A DNA stretch of 64,000 nucleotides from the human T2T-CHM13v2.0 reference genome, Homo sapiens: NCBI RefSeq assembly GCF_009914755.1, contig NC_060935.1. One strand, 5' to 3'. Below, one piece after another: positions 1 to 29,670 of this stretch (positions are counted from its first letter, which is position 1; each line of letters starts with the position of its first letter). A model generated the notes under the pieces. It saw nothing but the letters and a program-made list of their open reading frames with translations. It searched no databases and was not told where the DNA came from. The position numbers and the translations under genes were made by a program.

Positions 1-284
1 AGGGAACTGGTTCTAGCCTCAGGACTTGTTTCAATGGAACTTTCCCTTTCTGACTCCTAGTTTCCTCATGGGCCTTTTGCATTTCTGTTTCAGTGGTTCT
101 TTGATTCTCCCTTTTTCTCTTCCTGCCCCTAATGAAGAAGACAAAGGAGTGATGGTGAGACCACAGGGAGGGGTGGAGGTGGTGCAGGAAGATGGAGGAA
201 GATTGATCTGTCTCCTTTTCGTTCCCATCTCAAGACTGGGTCCAAACACAAACCAGAGCGAGCTGAGGCTCAGAGGACACAAAC

Positions 285-14792
<14,508 letters not shown>

Positions 14793-14859
14793 AGTTTTTC
14801 CCTGAAATTTTAGAGAGACTAAAGCAAACAAAAATAGGAAGCCTTGAGAGACCAGCAAT

Positions 14860-14960
14860 AAGCCAATTTAAAACAAGTTTATTCATTAACCAAGACGTGG
14901 TGAATCAAGCATGTCCATCTGATGTTTCTGAATGTAGTGTTTCGCAAAGATCTTTTCGAA
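14860..14960 (-). promoter_or_regulatory. Candidate OVCH2 proximal promoter (TATA-like TTTAAAT, HNF1/FOX-like site, 20-bp palindrome)
   Basis: Minus strand GTTAATGAATAAAC at 14877-14890; TTCGCAAAGATCTTTTCGAA at 14941-14960; 70-170 bp upstream of the ATG. Confidence 0.4.
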
Positions 14961-15230
14961 GATGTGGAGAAACAACCACAGAAGCAGAGTCTTGATCAAG
15001 CAATATTACATATCCTATTACACCTACACCAATTAGTTGATTCCTCCAGAGTGTATCTGGCTAGCAAAGTGGTTAGCATGTAAGATTTGCATCTGCAAAC
15101 ATTACTTGCTCCTTTGTAGAGCTTACCACTTTTACCACTTTCTATAAGAAGATTGACTATCAATGTTGTCCTTGTTTGCAAGGGTACACTTCCCTACTTT
15201 TTTGCAAACGACCCATCCAAATGTATATAA

Positions 15231-15365
<135 letters not shown>

Positions 15366-17129
15366 TAAAATATTTTTATTTATCTTATTTTGCAAATGTA
15401 ACTACATGGTTATTATAAACATATGTTGGTGAATGAGAGAAGTGGAAAGATATTTGGGTGTCACACTCAGGAAGCCCTGCTGTTAGAAAGTCATCTAGGA
15501 TACTGTACATTGGGGCATTTGTGACTCTGCATTCTCCTATCATTTTTGTATTTATAGAAGGGAAACACTAAATCTCCTTTACTTCTATGCCTGGTAGATG
15601 TTTGGGAGAGTAAAGTGGCTATGATTACCTGTACATTTTCCTCTTTCCTCAACGAGTTTTGGGCACATGGTCAGTGTGTGAGAAATATTTATAGGATGGT
15701 CAATGCCATCTATGACCAGATAGAAATATAACATTTTTCTGTCAACTTTTATAAGTTACCCACTAAAAATAACAAATGTCAGCCCAAAAGCTCTTAATTT
15801 CCTTTTGGCAACTTTTGTCTTTGTACAAAAAAGTATGAAAATACAACACATACAAATAATATAAATGCAAAACAGAGAAGGTGTAAAAACTTAACATTTG
15901 TAAGCACTACATATTTAGGTACACTAATCAAGAATGTAGCCTTATGGAAAGAAGGAAACTCAAACCTCTATTGAGGCTTTATCTATAACTACTGTAATCC
16001 TGATGCCAAACATTTTTGGCTATTGGTATGGAGTGATAGCCCCAAGAGGTAATCAATCAATGTCTAAGCCCTAATCAAAGTCTCAATCTTTCTTTGACAG
16101 CAAGCTCCCTTTAAATTGCTATTGTGTTTTATCAATCACTTTTGAGAGCAACTTGACTAGGAATATGGCCTTTCTGACCCCAAATTCACTACATTCTGTC
16201 TAAAATGTGTATACTGTTAATGTCAAAAGTGCAGAAAGACCTAGTGTGGGCCTAGGATGCACTAAACTTGACAAGCCTAAAGTAGGCACATAGCATAGGA
16301 CAATAAAATTTGACTCTATACTGAAAGAATGATGAGTTTTCCTTTGTAAAATGTGGGAGTGGAGCATTTTTATTGATTGTCACACAGAAATATGATGAGC
16401 TCTTGCTTAGTGCTTAATTTCAGGAGAGGGTATTTGCTTCAAGCTCTTGCATCAGCACAACTATCAGTACACATCAACACACTCTTCACCACATGAAGCT
16501 GGTCATTAAGAGTTTGTTACTTTCATCTCTTAAGGGGCTAAAATGTGGCCCCCTTGCTGTTAAAATATTTGCTCTTCATGGGGGATGTAGCAGGTTCTAA
16601 GACACTATATTTTTGTAAGTCCAGCTATTCAACCCTCCCAGGGTCTGGATAGGAATTATAATAACTGTACATTGTAGTTACTTGCAGACAGGAATATATT
16701 AAAGTGTTGCTTGGCATGGTAGTATAAAATCAATTTTTCATTCATGAAACTATTAAACCTTTTAAAGGGGAAAAAATCTCTCTTGAGAATCTTGGACCAA
16801 AGTCTGCACCAAACATGGATTTGGAATTCAAATACATTGTTTTCCCTGTCTGTAAATCCCCAAGTTGAGAAATTAGTATCAAAATTTCTCCTGAAAGCAA
16901 AACTGTCTCTCTTCACAGATGATATGATTCTATACCTAGAAAATCTCAGGTCTACCTGTTATAACCTTCTTCTCTCTTTTTTGCAGCAATTATTTTTGTT
17001 GAAAGAATTGGTTATTTAGACCTTTAGCATTTTCTACATTCTGTATTTTGCTGATTGCAGAGCTGTGACTTTAATGTGTTCCTATAACCCTGTGATATAA
17101 TCCATAGCTAATGATTATAACTTCTGTAT

Positions 17130-17337
17130 TGTACCCTCCAATGAAAAGAGAACAACTCCAGTATGAGCAATCTCTCTCTGTCTTTTCAGATTTTTCTGTC
17201 AAAACCTTTCACCTTCTGACAGACCTCAGAACACTCCAACTTTGTTGCTGTGTCTTCCTGGGTCAATCCACACATTTGAGGTTCAATAAACCTTTATAGA
17301 TTTTTTTCTGTCTTGACAGCCTCAATTTTGGTCAACA
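17130..17337 (+). mobile_element. ERV1-type LTR 3' portion
   Basis: AATAAA followed ~45 nt later by an ...GGTCAACA terminus; the family is not determined. Confidence 0.4.
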
Positions 17338-18705
17338 GTGCCATAAACACTCATCACCAGGAATGTTCTCAGCCACCTCCAGTGGCCCAGAGAAAGTAAC
17401 AGAATGTACTGTCTGGTAGAGAGTCCCAGGAGTTGGGTTTCTGGACCTGTCTGCTTCTCATTCTCCCTGAAGTTTCCAGCCACCTGGAATTGCCCTGCCC
17501 CATGGGCCCAAATACCCCCTCACATCTCCCTCCCAGGGGAAAACACCAACTGGTTCTTACTTGGAATAAATTGGAGTGGGTCTACTCCAGAACTTTTTCA
17601 GCAGTTTTCTCCTAACAGGCATGTTAGGTTGTGGTTCTTTCCTTAATTGAATTCCATCTACTTTTTATCGTTCTAGAAATATTCATAATTTGGGGCCACT
17701 AAAAGTAGCTTTCCTTGTTCAGGTTTTCCAGCACTGCTATGAGTTCATTTGTTTAATACATCCTTCTTATCATAAATTTGGAGCAGGAGCAGGAGGACAC
17801 ACCGTATGGTCTCAGGCTGCCAACTTAATCCAATCGCTAAGTGGGAACCACTGAATCCTCCTTTATAAACACCTTGCATATTCCCTGTTGCAACTAAGAG
17901 ATGACACTAAAGGTACATGCAAGGTAAGTTGAAGTGTAAAATAATTAAGAACAATCTGAGAATGCCTCAAGGATAATCAAAAACAATAAGGGTATTTTTA
18001 AAAATAAATTTTAAAAGGGAAGAGATGATTTGGAACTGAGGGATGATATGAATCATGCAAAGGAAGGATCACTTTGCCCCTTCTCACTGTTTGAGTCTTA
18101 GAATAGAAATGGGAGTACTCCAGAAAGTGGTTTAGTTATACCCAGGAATTTCAGCGATACTGGAGAAAGGAAGAGTGGGGAAAGTTCCTATACATACTAA
18201 GCACAGGAGATAGATAGCAAAGAAACAAACTTAGGCAAAAGTGAGCTGGCCAGAAATGAGAGGGAACAGAAGGGAAATCGTGTAGGGATTTGCCTGAGTC
18301 AGTGTTGGCAAAAGCAAAAAAATTCACACACAGGTATGAAGAAAACAGGAAAATAGGGGAAAGGAAACACGAGTCTGTTTGGAAAAGATACAATTAGCCC
18401 CCGTATTCTTGTTGAAAACTTGATGTGTTATGCTTCAGTCTCTGTAGTTTGTCTCCAAGATACTAGCTTTTATGAAGACAAAATTTTCATGGTATGACGG
18501 AGAAAGGAAGTTAGCAGGAGATGTAGATGAGTGAGAAAGCCAGAAAAAAAGAAGTAGTTTAGGACAATAAAAAAGTTATCTCCAACAATTATGAAGTGGT
18601 GAAGGAGGCCAGTTGAGAAGATAAATCGAGCAAGTGCATCTTTCTTTCTTTTGTGTCAGTTTTGAAGCTAGTGATTGGTAGGAGCCAAAAAGAAAAAGAA
18701 AAAAA

Positions 18706-19380
18706 GGGATCAAGTTTCAGCTTTCCACATATGGCTAGCCAGTTTTCCCAGCACCATTTATTAAATACAGAATCCTTTCCCCATTGCTTGTTTTTCTCAG
18801 GTTTGTCAAAGATCAGATAGATGTAGATATATGGTGTTATTTGACCCAGCCATCCCATTACTGGGTATATACCCAAAGGACTATAAATCATGCTGCTATA
18901 AAGACACATGCACACGTATGTTTATTGCGGCACTATTCACAATAGCAAAGACTTGGAACCAACCCAAATGTCCAACAATGATAGACTGGATTAAGAAAAT
19001 GTGGCACATATACACCATGGAATACTATGCAGCCATAAAAAATGATGAGTTCATGTCCTTTGTAGGGACATGGATGAAATTGGAAATCATCATTCTCAGT
19101 AAACTATCGCAAGAACAAAAAAACCAAACCCCGCATATTCTCACTCATAGGTGGGAATTGAACAATGAGAACACCTGGACACAGGAAGGGGAACATCACA
19201 CTCTGTGAATGTTGTGGGGTGGGGGGAGGGGGGAGGGATAGCATTGGGAGATATACCTAATGCTAGATGACGAGTTAGTGGGTGCAGCACACCAGCATGG
19301 CACATGTATACATATGTAACTAACCTGCACATTGTGCACATGTACCCTAAAACTTAAAGTATAATAATAATAAAAAAAAA
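18706..19380 (+). mobile_element. 5'-inverted (twin-primed) L1PA3-type insertion
   Basis: Inverted ORF2 piece 18706-18842, then sense ORF2 end + 3'UTR (GATGACGAGTT, CACATTGTG) + poly(A); AAAAAGAAAAAGAAA on both sides. Confidence 0.9.
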
Positions 19381-19809
19381 AGAAAAAGAAAAAGAAAGAC
19401 AAAATTGGACCAAATCCTGTGGTCTGCCAGAGAAAAACAAAAAGCACGCAGAAAAAGTGACAAGGGCTTAGATGATGTGATAGCATGATAGAAAGGGTAG
19501 GGGATCAATAATTTTTAAAAAAACATAAACTGAAATCAAGACTCCAACACATACTAATAGTGTAGCCTTGGGCAAGTCCATCAAGCCATTAGATCCTTGT
19601 ATTCCTCATACGTAAAATATAGATAACAGCATATTGGGTAATTCTTTGGTAGTTAGTGGAATGATACCCATGGGGACTGTTTAGACTGTGATGTGTTACA
19701 TGACTTCATAATAACACTAGAAAAATTAATCATCTTCGGAAGACGCATGGGACCAAAACTAATGACTATTCAGTAGTCTTTGGAAGGATTGATAAAGAAA
19801 AATAATCAC

Positions 19810-19938
19810 TGGGTATGGTGGCTCATGCCTATAATCCCAGCACTTTAGGAGTCTGAGGCAGGAGGCTCACTTGAGCCCAAGAGTTCAAGACTGCAACCAC
19901 TGCACTCCAGCCTGGGTGACAGAGATACTGTCTCAAAG

Positions 19939-19985
<47 letters not shown>

Positions 19986-19987
19986 AT
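19810..19987 (+). mobile_element. Alu monomer (FAM/FRAM-like or internally deleted) with (TAAA)n tail
   Basis: GGTGGCTCATGCCTATAATCCC...ACTCCAGCCTGGGTGACAGAG; about 12 TAAA units. Confidence 0.85.
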
Positions 19988-20025
19988 GAAAGAAAAAAGA
20001 AAATGGAGCCAGCATTTATAGTAAC

Positions 20026-20404
20026 CTTCCTTTCCTTTCCCTTTCCCTTTCCTTTTCCCTTTCCCTTTCCCTTTCCTTCCCTTCCCTTCCCTTCCTTTCC
20101 TTTCTTTTCTTTTCTTCTTTGTTTGACGGCATTTCGCTCTTGTTGTCCAGGCTAGTTTAATGATGTGATCTCGGCTCACTGAAACCTCCGCCTCCCAGGT
20201 TCAAGTGATTCTCCTGCCTCAGCCTCCCAGGTAGCTGGGATTACAGGCATGCACCACCACACCCGGCTAATTTTTGTATTTTTACTAGAGATGGGGTTTT
20301 GCCATGTTGGCCAGGCTGGTCTCGAGCTCCTGACCTCAGGTGATCCACCTGCCTCGGCCTACCGAAGTGCTGGGATTACAGGCGTGAACCACCGCACCCG
20401 GCCG
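20026..20404 (-). mobile_element. AluS with expanded (CCCTTT/CCCTT)n tail
   Basis: Full dimer 20124-20404; pure pyrimidine tract 20026-20120. Confidence 0.92.
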
Positions 20405-22394
20405 GTAATTTCCTGATGATTTAACTAGCAAGGTGGGCAGTGGTAAGAGCAGGATGAGAGGTAGCTAAAGATATGCTAAGATTCTTATCTAATTTAAAGT
20501 CAGGATTTATAAACAAATTAATTATAGACATTAGTAGAAAATGTAAAAAAAAGTGTTAGAACCTTAAGAGTTATGACTACTGGAAGAATAGAAATATGAT
20601 GCATAAATTCCATAAGATTAGATTATAAGTAGTGAAAAGAAGGAAAGAAGGTTGATTCAATTTAAAGGAAATAATGATAGGAAAACAAACAACAAAAACA
20701 ACAGTGACAAAGAAAGCATGGTAAATAGAAAACAAAATTATGCACAATGACAACCATTAAGCTTTTTTAAAAAAACAAAATTAGTTACATTATAATAGAT
20801 CATGTTATTCATTGTAAAAATGAGTAAGTTCAATACTATTAACAGTTTAAGCAGTGAATAAATTGCTTTCAGATGATTCCTGGTGGGAAGTAAATTGGCA
20901 ATGTTGCTTTTAAAGGTTTTATTAAAATGAAAAGTGGCATTCACAAAGAAGTCATAGCAGTCTTAAACATTTAAATACCTAATAACACAATGTTGAAATA
21001 TTTAAAGAAAAATCTGATAGGAGTATGTGAAACTGAAAAATGTACAATCATCATGCAAGAGTTTCAGAAATTGATAGGTCAAATAAGTAACAAAAAAAGC
21101 CTGATCTAATAGATTGTTAACATAAAGCACTATGAGTTAAATGGTGCTAATTTTCTTTGAGGGCAATTTGGCAGAATCTGTTATAATTTAAATTGTGCAA
21201 ACCTTTTGACCCAGGAATACTTCTGAGAGAAATGCTGGTACAGTGAAGCATTGGTTGGAGTATAGTTAAGTAAATACTAATGCAGTGCTTTCAAAATGCT
21301 TTCATTAAAATTGTGAAGGATATTAATGCATACATGGAATTATCTAAAAAATATTTTTGAATTATAAAAGCAATTTTAGAACAATATAAATGGTAAAAAT
21401 CGCTTATTAAAAACACATGGAAATTAGGAACAAGGAAGAGAGTCTTGGGTTATCTGGAAAGACAGCACTGGATTACAGATAAATATAGAGTGGAAAAAGG
21501 ATGAAGTATCTTCAATAACTGGATCTCTATCTGAAGAGTCCAAGATTTTGGGAAAAAAAGTCTACATAAGTGGAGTTGAATTGAAACATAGGTCACCTTC
21601 ATGTGGGGAAAGCATTATGGCTCTTCATGCAACTAAGATGCAACTAATTATGTAAAAAAAAACAAGAAAATGCTAAAAAAAGTTCCTGGTACCTAGTCAT
21701 AGCTGCTTCTCAGAGATGGTACAGATGAGTACAGCATAGCCCACAATAATTATGTTGACCCAAATCAAGTTTCAAAACTAATTAGATCTATGCAGTTATA
21801 ATAACTGTATACAAATAATGAAGAGAATTAATGAAACCCCTTGGATCTTAATGAATTATCTCAGCCAGCATAATTTCGTATGAATACATAAACACGCCTA
21901 ATTGTCTCAATCTTATTGGATTTTCTCCATTGGATTTTCAATAAGATGTTGACAAACCTGTGCAGGTCTGGTGTTGAGGTACTTTTGGTCTTTTATTCCA
22001 AATGGTCCCAAATCCTGCAAAAATAAACCCTGCTGCACAGAGATGATTCCTGGAGTTTGTCATTATCTTTGGCAGGCAACATTCGTTCTTTATTATTGAT
22101 ATATAAATGCCCTTTGCATTGCTAGTGGAAGCTAATAGTTGCAATTTTAAGTAGATTCTTATTTATGGATTACTCATTCATTGCCATCCATTGCTAGGTG
22201 TTTTAACATAAATCATTTTATTTAAAATAGTGTTCATGTGAGATAAACATTATTATTACTGCATCTCAATTTTAAAAATAAGAAAAATGAGACTCAGAGG
22301 GTTACGTAACTTTCCCAAGATCATTTAGTAAGTGGCAGAACTGAAATTTATTCATATAAATTTTGGCTGAAATCTTCTTTTCTTTCTTAATATT

Positions 22395-24181
22395 TTCTTT
22401 TTTTTTAAGTTTTTTTTTTAACTTTTATTTTAAGTTCAGGGCTGTATGTGCAGGTTTGTTACATAGGTAAACTTGTGTTATGGGAGTTTGTTATACAGAT
22501 TATTTCATCACCCAGGTATTAAGCCTAGTATCCATTAGTTATTCTTCCTGATCCTCTCCCTCCTCCCCCATCCACCCTCCACCCTCCAATAGACCCCAGT
22601 GTGTGTTGTTCCCCTCTGCGTGTCCATGTGTTCTTACCGTTTAGCTCCCACTTATAAATGAGAACATGCAGTATTTGGTTTTCTGTCCCTGTGTTAGTTT
22701 GCTAAGAATAATGGCCTCCAGCTCCATCCATGTCCCTGCAAAGAACAACACTGCATTCTTTTTTTATGGCTGCATAGTATTCCATGGTGTATATATACCA
22801 CATTTTATTTATCCAGTGTATCACTGATGGGCATTTAGATTGATTCCATGTCTTTGCAGTTGTGAATAGCGTTGCAATGAACATATGGATGTATGAATTA
22901 TAAAATTATAAAGACACATGTCTGCATAAATCATTTATATTTATATATATGATTTATATTCCTTTGGATATATACTCCGTAATGGGATTGCTGGGTTGAA
23001 TGTATTTCTGCCTTAGGATCTTTGAGAAATCCCCACACTGTCGTCCACAATGGTTGAACTAATTTACATTACTACCAGCAGTGTATAAGCATTCCTTGTT
23101 CTCCACAACCTCACCGGCATCTGTTATTATTTCTTTTTAATGATAGCCATTCTGACTGGTATGAGATGGTATCTGATAACAGTTTGCTTCTGTGCCCTCA
23201 CCCAAATCTAACCTTGAATTGTAATAATCTCCACGTGTCAAGGGCGAAACCAGGTGGAAATAATTAAATCATGGGGGTGGTTTCTCCCATGTTCTCATGA
23301 TAGTGAGTGAACTCTCACAAGATCTGGTGGTTTTATAAGGGGCTTTCCCCCTTTGCTTAGTACTTCTCCTTCCTGCCACCATGTAAAGAAGGATGTGTTT
23401 GCTTCCCCTTCCACCACGATTGTAAGTTTCCTGAGGCCTCTTCAGTCCTGTGGAAATGTGAGTCAATTAAACCTCTTTCCTTTGTAAATCACCCAGTCTT
23501 GGGCAGTTCTTTATAATAGCTTGAGAATGGACTAATACAGTATCTCATTGTGGTTTCAATTTGCATTTCTCTAATGATCAGTGATGTTGAGCTTTTTCTC
23601 ATATGATTGTTGGCTGTATGTATGTCTTCTTTTGAAAAGTGTCTGCTCACATCCTTTGCCCACCTTTTAATGGGGTTGCTTGTTTTTTCCTTGTAAATTT
23701 CAGTTCCTTATAGATGCTGGATATTAGACCTTTGTCAGATGCATAGTTTGCAAAAATTTTCTTCCTTTCTGTAGGTTCCCTGTTCACTCTGTTGTTGGTT
23801 TCCTTTGCTGTGCAGAAGCTCTTTCATTTAATTAGATCACACTTGTCAATTTTTGCTCTTGTTGCGATTGCTTTTGATGTCTTCAATATGAAATCTATGC
23901 CTGTGCCTATGTCCTGAATGGTATTGCCTAGGTTGTCTTCCAGGGTTTTTATAGTTTTGGGTTTTACATTTGTCTTTTATCCATCTTGAGCTAATTTTTG
24001 TATATGGTTATAAGGAAGGGGTCCAGTTTTAATCTTCTGCACATGGCTAGCCAGTTATTCCAGCACCATTTATTGAATAGGAAATCGTTTCCCCGTTGCT
24101 TGTTTTCGTCAGGTTTGCCAAAGATCAGATTGTTGTACGTATGTGGTCTTATGTCTGGGTTCTCTATACTGTTCCATTGGT
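22395..24181 (-). mobile_element. Older L1PA 3' portion (about PA13-16), interrupted by a THE1 LTR
   Basis: Poly-T, 3'UTR and ORF2 C-terminal remnants (ORFs 22702, 23991). Confidence 0.85.
23174..23539 (+). mobile_element. THE1 solo LTR (ERVL-MaLR), TSD GTATC
   Basis: TGATA...GGACTAATACA, 366 bp, GTATC on both sides; the host L1 sequence resumes seamlessly. Confidence 0.92.
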
Positions 24182-25119
24182 CATACCTCACATATCATAC
24201 TGGTTGGTACTTATATCATGTTTTGAATTCATTTGGGTCTCTAATGTATTTTTTTACATAAATATAAGATTTTTTCCAGATTCATGTTTCTTAACCCTCT
24301 GATAGAATCCTGGGACTAATTAACGGAGTCAGAGATTTAGCATTCTTTCATTATTTTATCAAGTTAATTTATATGAAGAATTGATTAAATCACATTGATT
24401 TAAGAACTGCTTCATAGAGTATGTTTGTCATATTCAGGTTGACAAAGAATAGAGTACTGATAGTTATTCACCAGTATAATTTGTAGAGATATTTTAAATG
24501 TTAAGATCTTTCAAAAAGTAGCAAATATTTCATTTGGCCATTCAGGGGACTTACACATGAGCAATCCTTTTCCTATAGAAAGTAATGACATACCTTCTCC
24601 CTCAATGGCAGCCTTCTGATACTTGATAGTACTTCTCAAGTATTACTTGGTAAATGATAGAATTTTTTATTTGGTAGTATTTGCTAGTTCTTTTATTGTT
24701 TGACACTTGCTTTTTCAGTGGGTCTGACTTTCTCACTTGGATGCCAGGATGTTAAGATTAAACACTGTAAGTAGTTGCAGATTAACTGAGCTCATTCTCT
24801 TGAGGCTGAAATTACCTCAAAACTATAGGTAGTTGCAGATGAGCTCCCTCTCTTTTAAGAAGTTCAAAAGGATATTGAGACACAATAGAGGGTGGACACT
24901 GGACTGTGAAAACGTAGTTACTTCAATGATTGGTGCTTCCAGTGAGACCAAATACATTTTGAATGGACCTGGAGGTGATACTCAGAGTGGGGTGTTTGAA
25001 ATTGATGTGATGAAGTTGGTAAACTTACTGACAATGACAAAGTCTGTTCCATGACCATATAAATGTGTGTGAAGAGTAGAAGTCTTTTCCCTCTTTATAC
25101 TTCTTTGTCTCTTTACCCT

Positions 25120-25810
25120 TTCCCATTTATAATATAATTGTGTCTTAAAAGTTATCTCTACTTATATTGAGAACCACATCAGACAGTGTTATAATTTTGG
25201 CTATGACAATAAAAAACAATTTAGAAAACTTAAGAGGAGTAGAGAAATGTATTTATCTATATGTTTACATCTCCTGTTTTATTTTCTTCCTTCCTGCTGT
25301 TTCAAGATTCCTTCTTTGATTAGTTATTTTCTGTTTTGAGAACTTTCTTTAGCTATTCTTTTAGGGTAGGTCAGCTGGTGATAAATTCTGTTAGTTTTCC
25401 TTCATCTGAGAATGTCTCATTTCCCCTTAATCCCTGAAAGATACTAGCTAGATAGAGAATTCACACTTGACCGTTTCTTTCCTTTGCAAATAAAAAACTT
25501 TTCTTTTGACCTCTGTGATTCCAGGTGAGGAATCTGCTGTCACTTGAATGGTTTTCTGCTGGAGGTAAGGTGCCATTTCTTTTTCACTGCTTCCAATTGT
25601 TTTTCTTTGTTTCTAATTTTTAGAATTTTGATTATGATGTATTTAAGCGTGGATTTCCTTAGAATTATCCTGTTTGGTGTTTGCTGAAAATTTATTAAAT
25701 GTATGGGTCTTTGCTAAATTTGAAAAATTGTAAGTCATTATTCCTTCAGCTTTCATCATTTTTCTCCTCTTTTTCTGTTGCTTTGATGACATAAATGTTA
25801 GATCCTGTAT
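25120..25810 (-). mobile_element. Old L1M fragment
   Basis: T-rich L1M-like antisense sequence (CTTCATCTGAGAATGTC..., TTGATTATGATGT...). Confidence 0.55.
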
Positions 25811-25814
25811 TATA

Positions 25815-25975
25815 CAGGTTGAGTATCACTAATCCAAAAACCTAAAATCCAAAATACTACAAAATCTGAAACTTTTTCAGTGCTGACATGATACTCAGAA
25901 GAAATGCTCACTGGAGCATTTTGGATTTTAGATTTTCAGATTAGGGTTGCTCCATTGGTAAGTATGATGCAAATA
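25815..25975. mobile_element. Tigger4/MER46-type DNA transposon fragment
   Basis: TA-CAGGTTGAGTATC TIR; CTCACTGGAGCATTTTGGATTT. Confidence 0.75.
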
Positions 25976-27330
25976 GCTTTCTCTAATTCTGTGAAAAAAT
26001 GACTTTGGTAGTTTGATAAGAATAGCTATGTGTAAATAGCGTTGGGCAGAATGTCAATTTTAATAATATTGATTCTTCCAATCCGAGAACATGGATTTTT
26101 TTTTTTCCATTTTGTGTCTCTAATTTCTTTCAGCAGTGTTTTGTAGTTCTGCCTATAGATATCTTTCATCTCCTTGGTTAGCTGTTTTTGCTAAATTCCT
26201 TCATCAAGAAATTAGAAAGATCTCAAGTTAACAATCTAACATTGCACCTAGAGGAACTAGAATTTTTTTAAAAGCCAGCCCCAAAGCAGAGAGAAGAAAC
26301 AAAATAACTAAAATTAAAGAAGAACTGAATAGGATTAAGATGGAAAAATCCATATAAAAGGTCAATGAAACAAAAAAATGATTTTTGAAAGAATAGACAA
26401 GATTGATAGACCACAAGTTAGATTAACAAGGAAAAAAGAGAAGATCCAAATAAGTACAATCAGAAAAGACAAAGATGACGTTACAATAAATCCCACAGAA
26501 ATACAAAAGATCCTCACAGACTATTATGAACAACTCTATGCATACAAACTAGAAAATCTAGAGGGAATGGATAAATTCCTAGAAATGTATAACCTCCCAA
26601 GATTGAGCCAGTAAGTAAGTGAAAACTTGAACAATCAATAACAAGTTCCAAAATTGAGTCAGTAATAGAAAAAAAATCAGCCAAAAATGTATATTTGGTT
26701 CCATATGCAAAATTCATATGGAACCAAAAAAGAGCCCAAATAGCAAGAGCAATACTATGCAAAAAAAAAAAAAAAAAGAATAAAATAAAATAAAAACCCA
26801 GAGGTATCAAACTGCCTGACTTCAAACTATACTACAAGGCTACAGTAACCAAAACAGCGTTGTACTGATACAAAAACAGACATATAGACCAATGGAACAG
26901 CATAGATAACCCAGAAATAAAGTCATAAACCTAAAACCATCTGACCTTTGACAAAGCCAACAAAAACAAGCAATGGGAAAAGGACTTCTATGCAATAAAT
27001 GGTGCTGGGATAACTGGCTAGCTGTCTGCAGGAGAATGAACCTGGATCCTTTCCTTTTACCATATACAAGAACTAACTCAAGACAGATTAAAGACTTAAA
27101 TGTAAGACCTCAAACTACAAACATCCTAGAAGAAAACCTAAGAAATAACCTCTCAATATTGCCTTTGGCAAAGAATTCATGGCTTAGTCCTCAAAAGCAA
27201 TTGTAACAAAAACAAAAATGAACAAGTGAGATCTAATTAAACTAAAAAGCTTCTGCACAGCAAAAGAAACTCTTAACAGAGTATATAGACAACCTATAGA
27301 ATGGGAGAAAATATTTGCAAACTATGCAAA
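25976..27330 (+). mobile_element. Rearranged old L1P ORF2 pieces (inverted 25976-26185; sense 26195-26690 and 26710-27330)
   Basis: ORF2-like peptides at 26378 and 26973; the RT core is missing between the two sense pieces. Confidence 0.8.
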
Positions 27331-27519
27331 GTGATGAGAAATAGAAGCAAATTGGACAGTGCTAAACAGTGACATAAAGTCAATCACTTTGGCCATTCTG
27401 ATTCTCATCAGAGTCTCAAAAACATCATTGTTGTAAGTGTTCATTCAAAAACCTGAATTGATCAAATGATGCAAATGTGAGTGCTAACCATATTCTAAAC
27501 TGAGTCACTGTTTTCTTTT

Positions 27520-29670
<2,151 letters not shown>

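Noticed and set aside
255-284. Acceptor-like CTCAG|CTCGC just downstream of exon 13 as the next exon
   Set aside because: The intron would be only ~22 nt, too short to splice.
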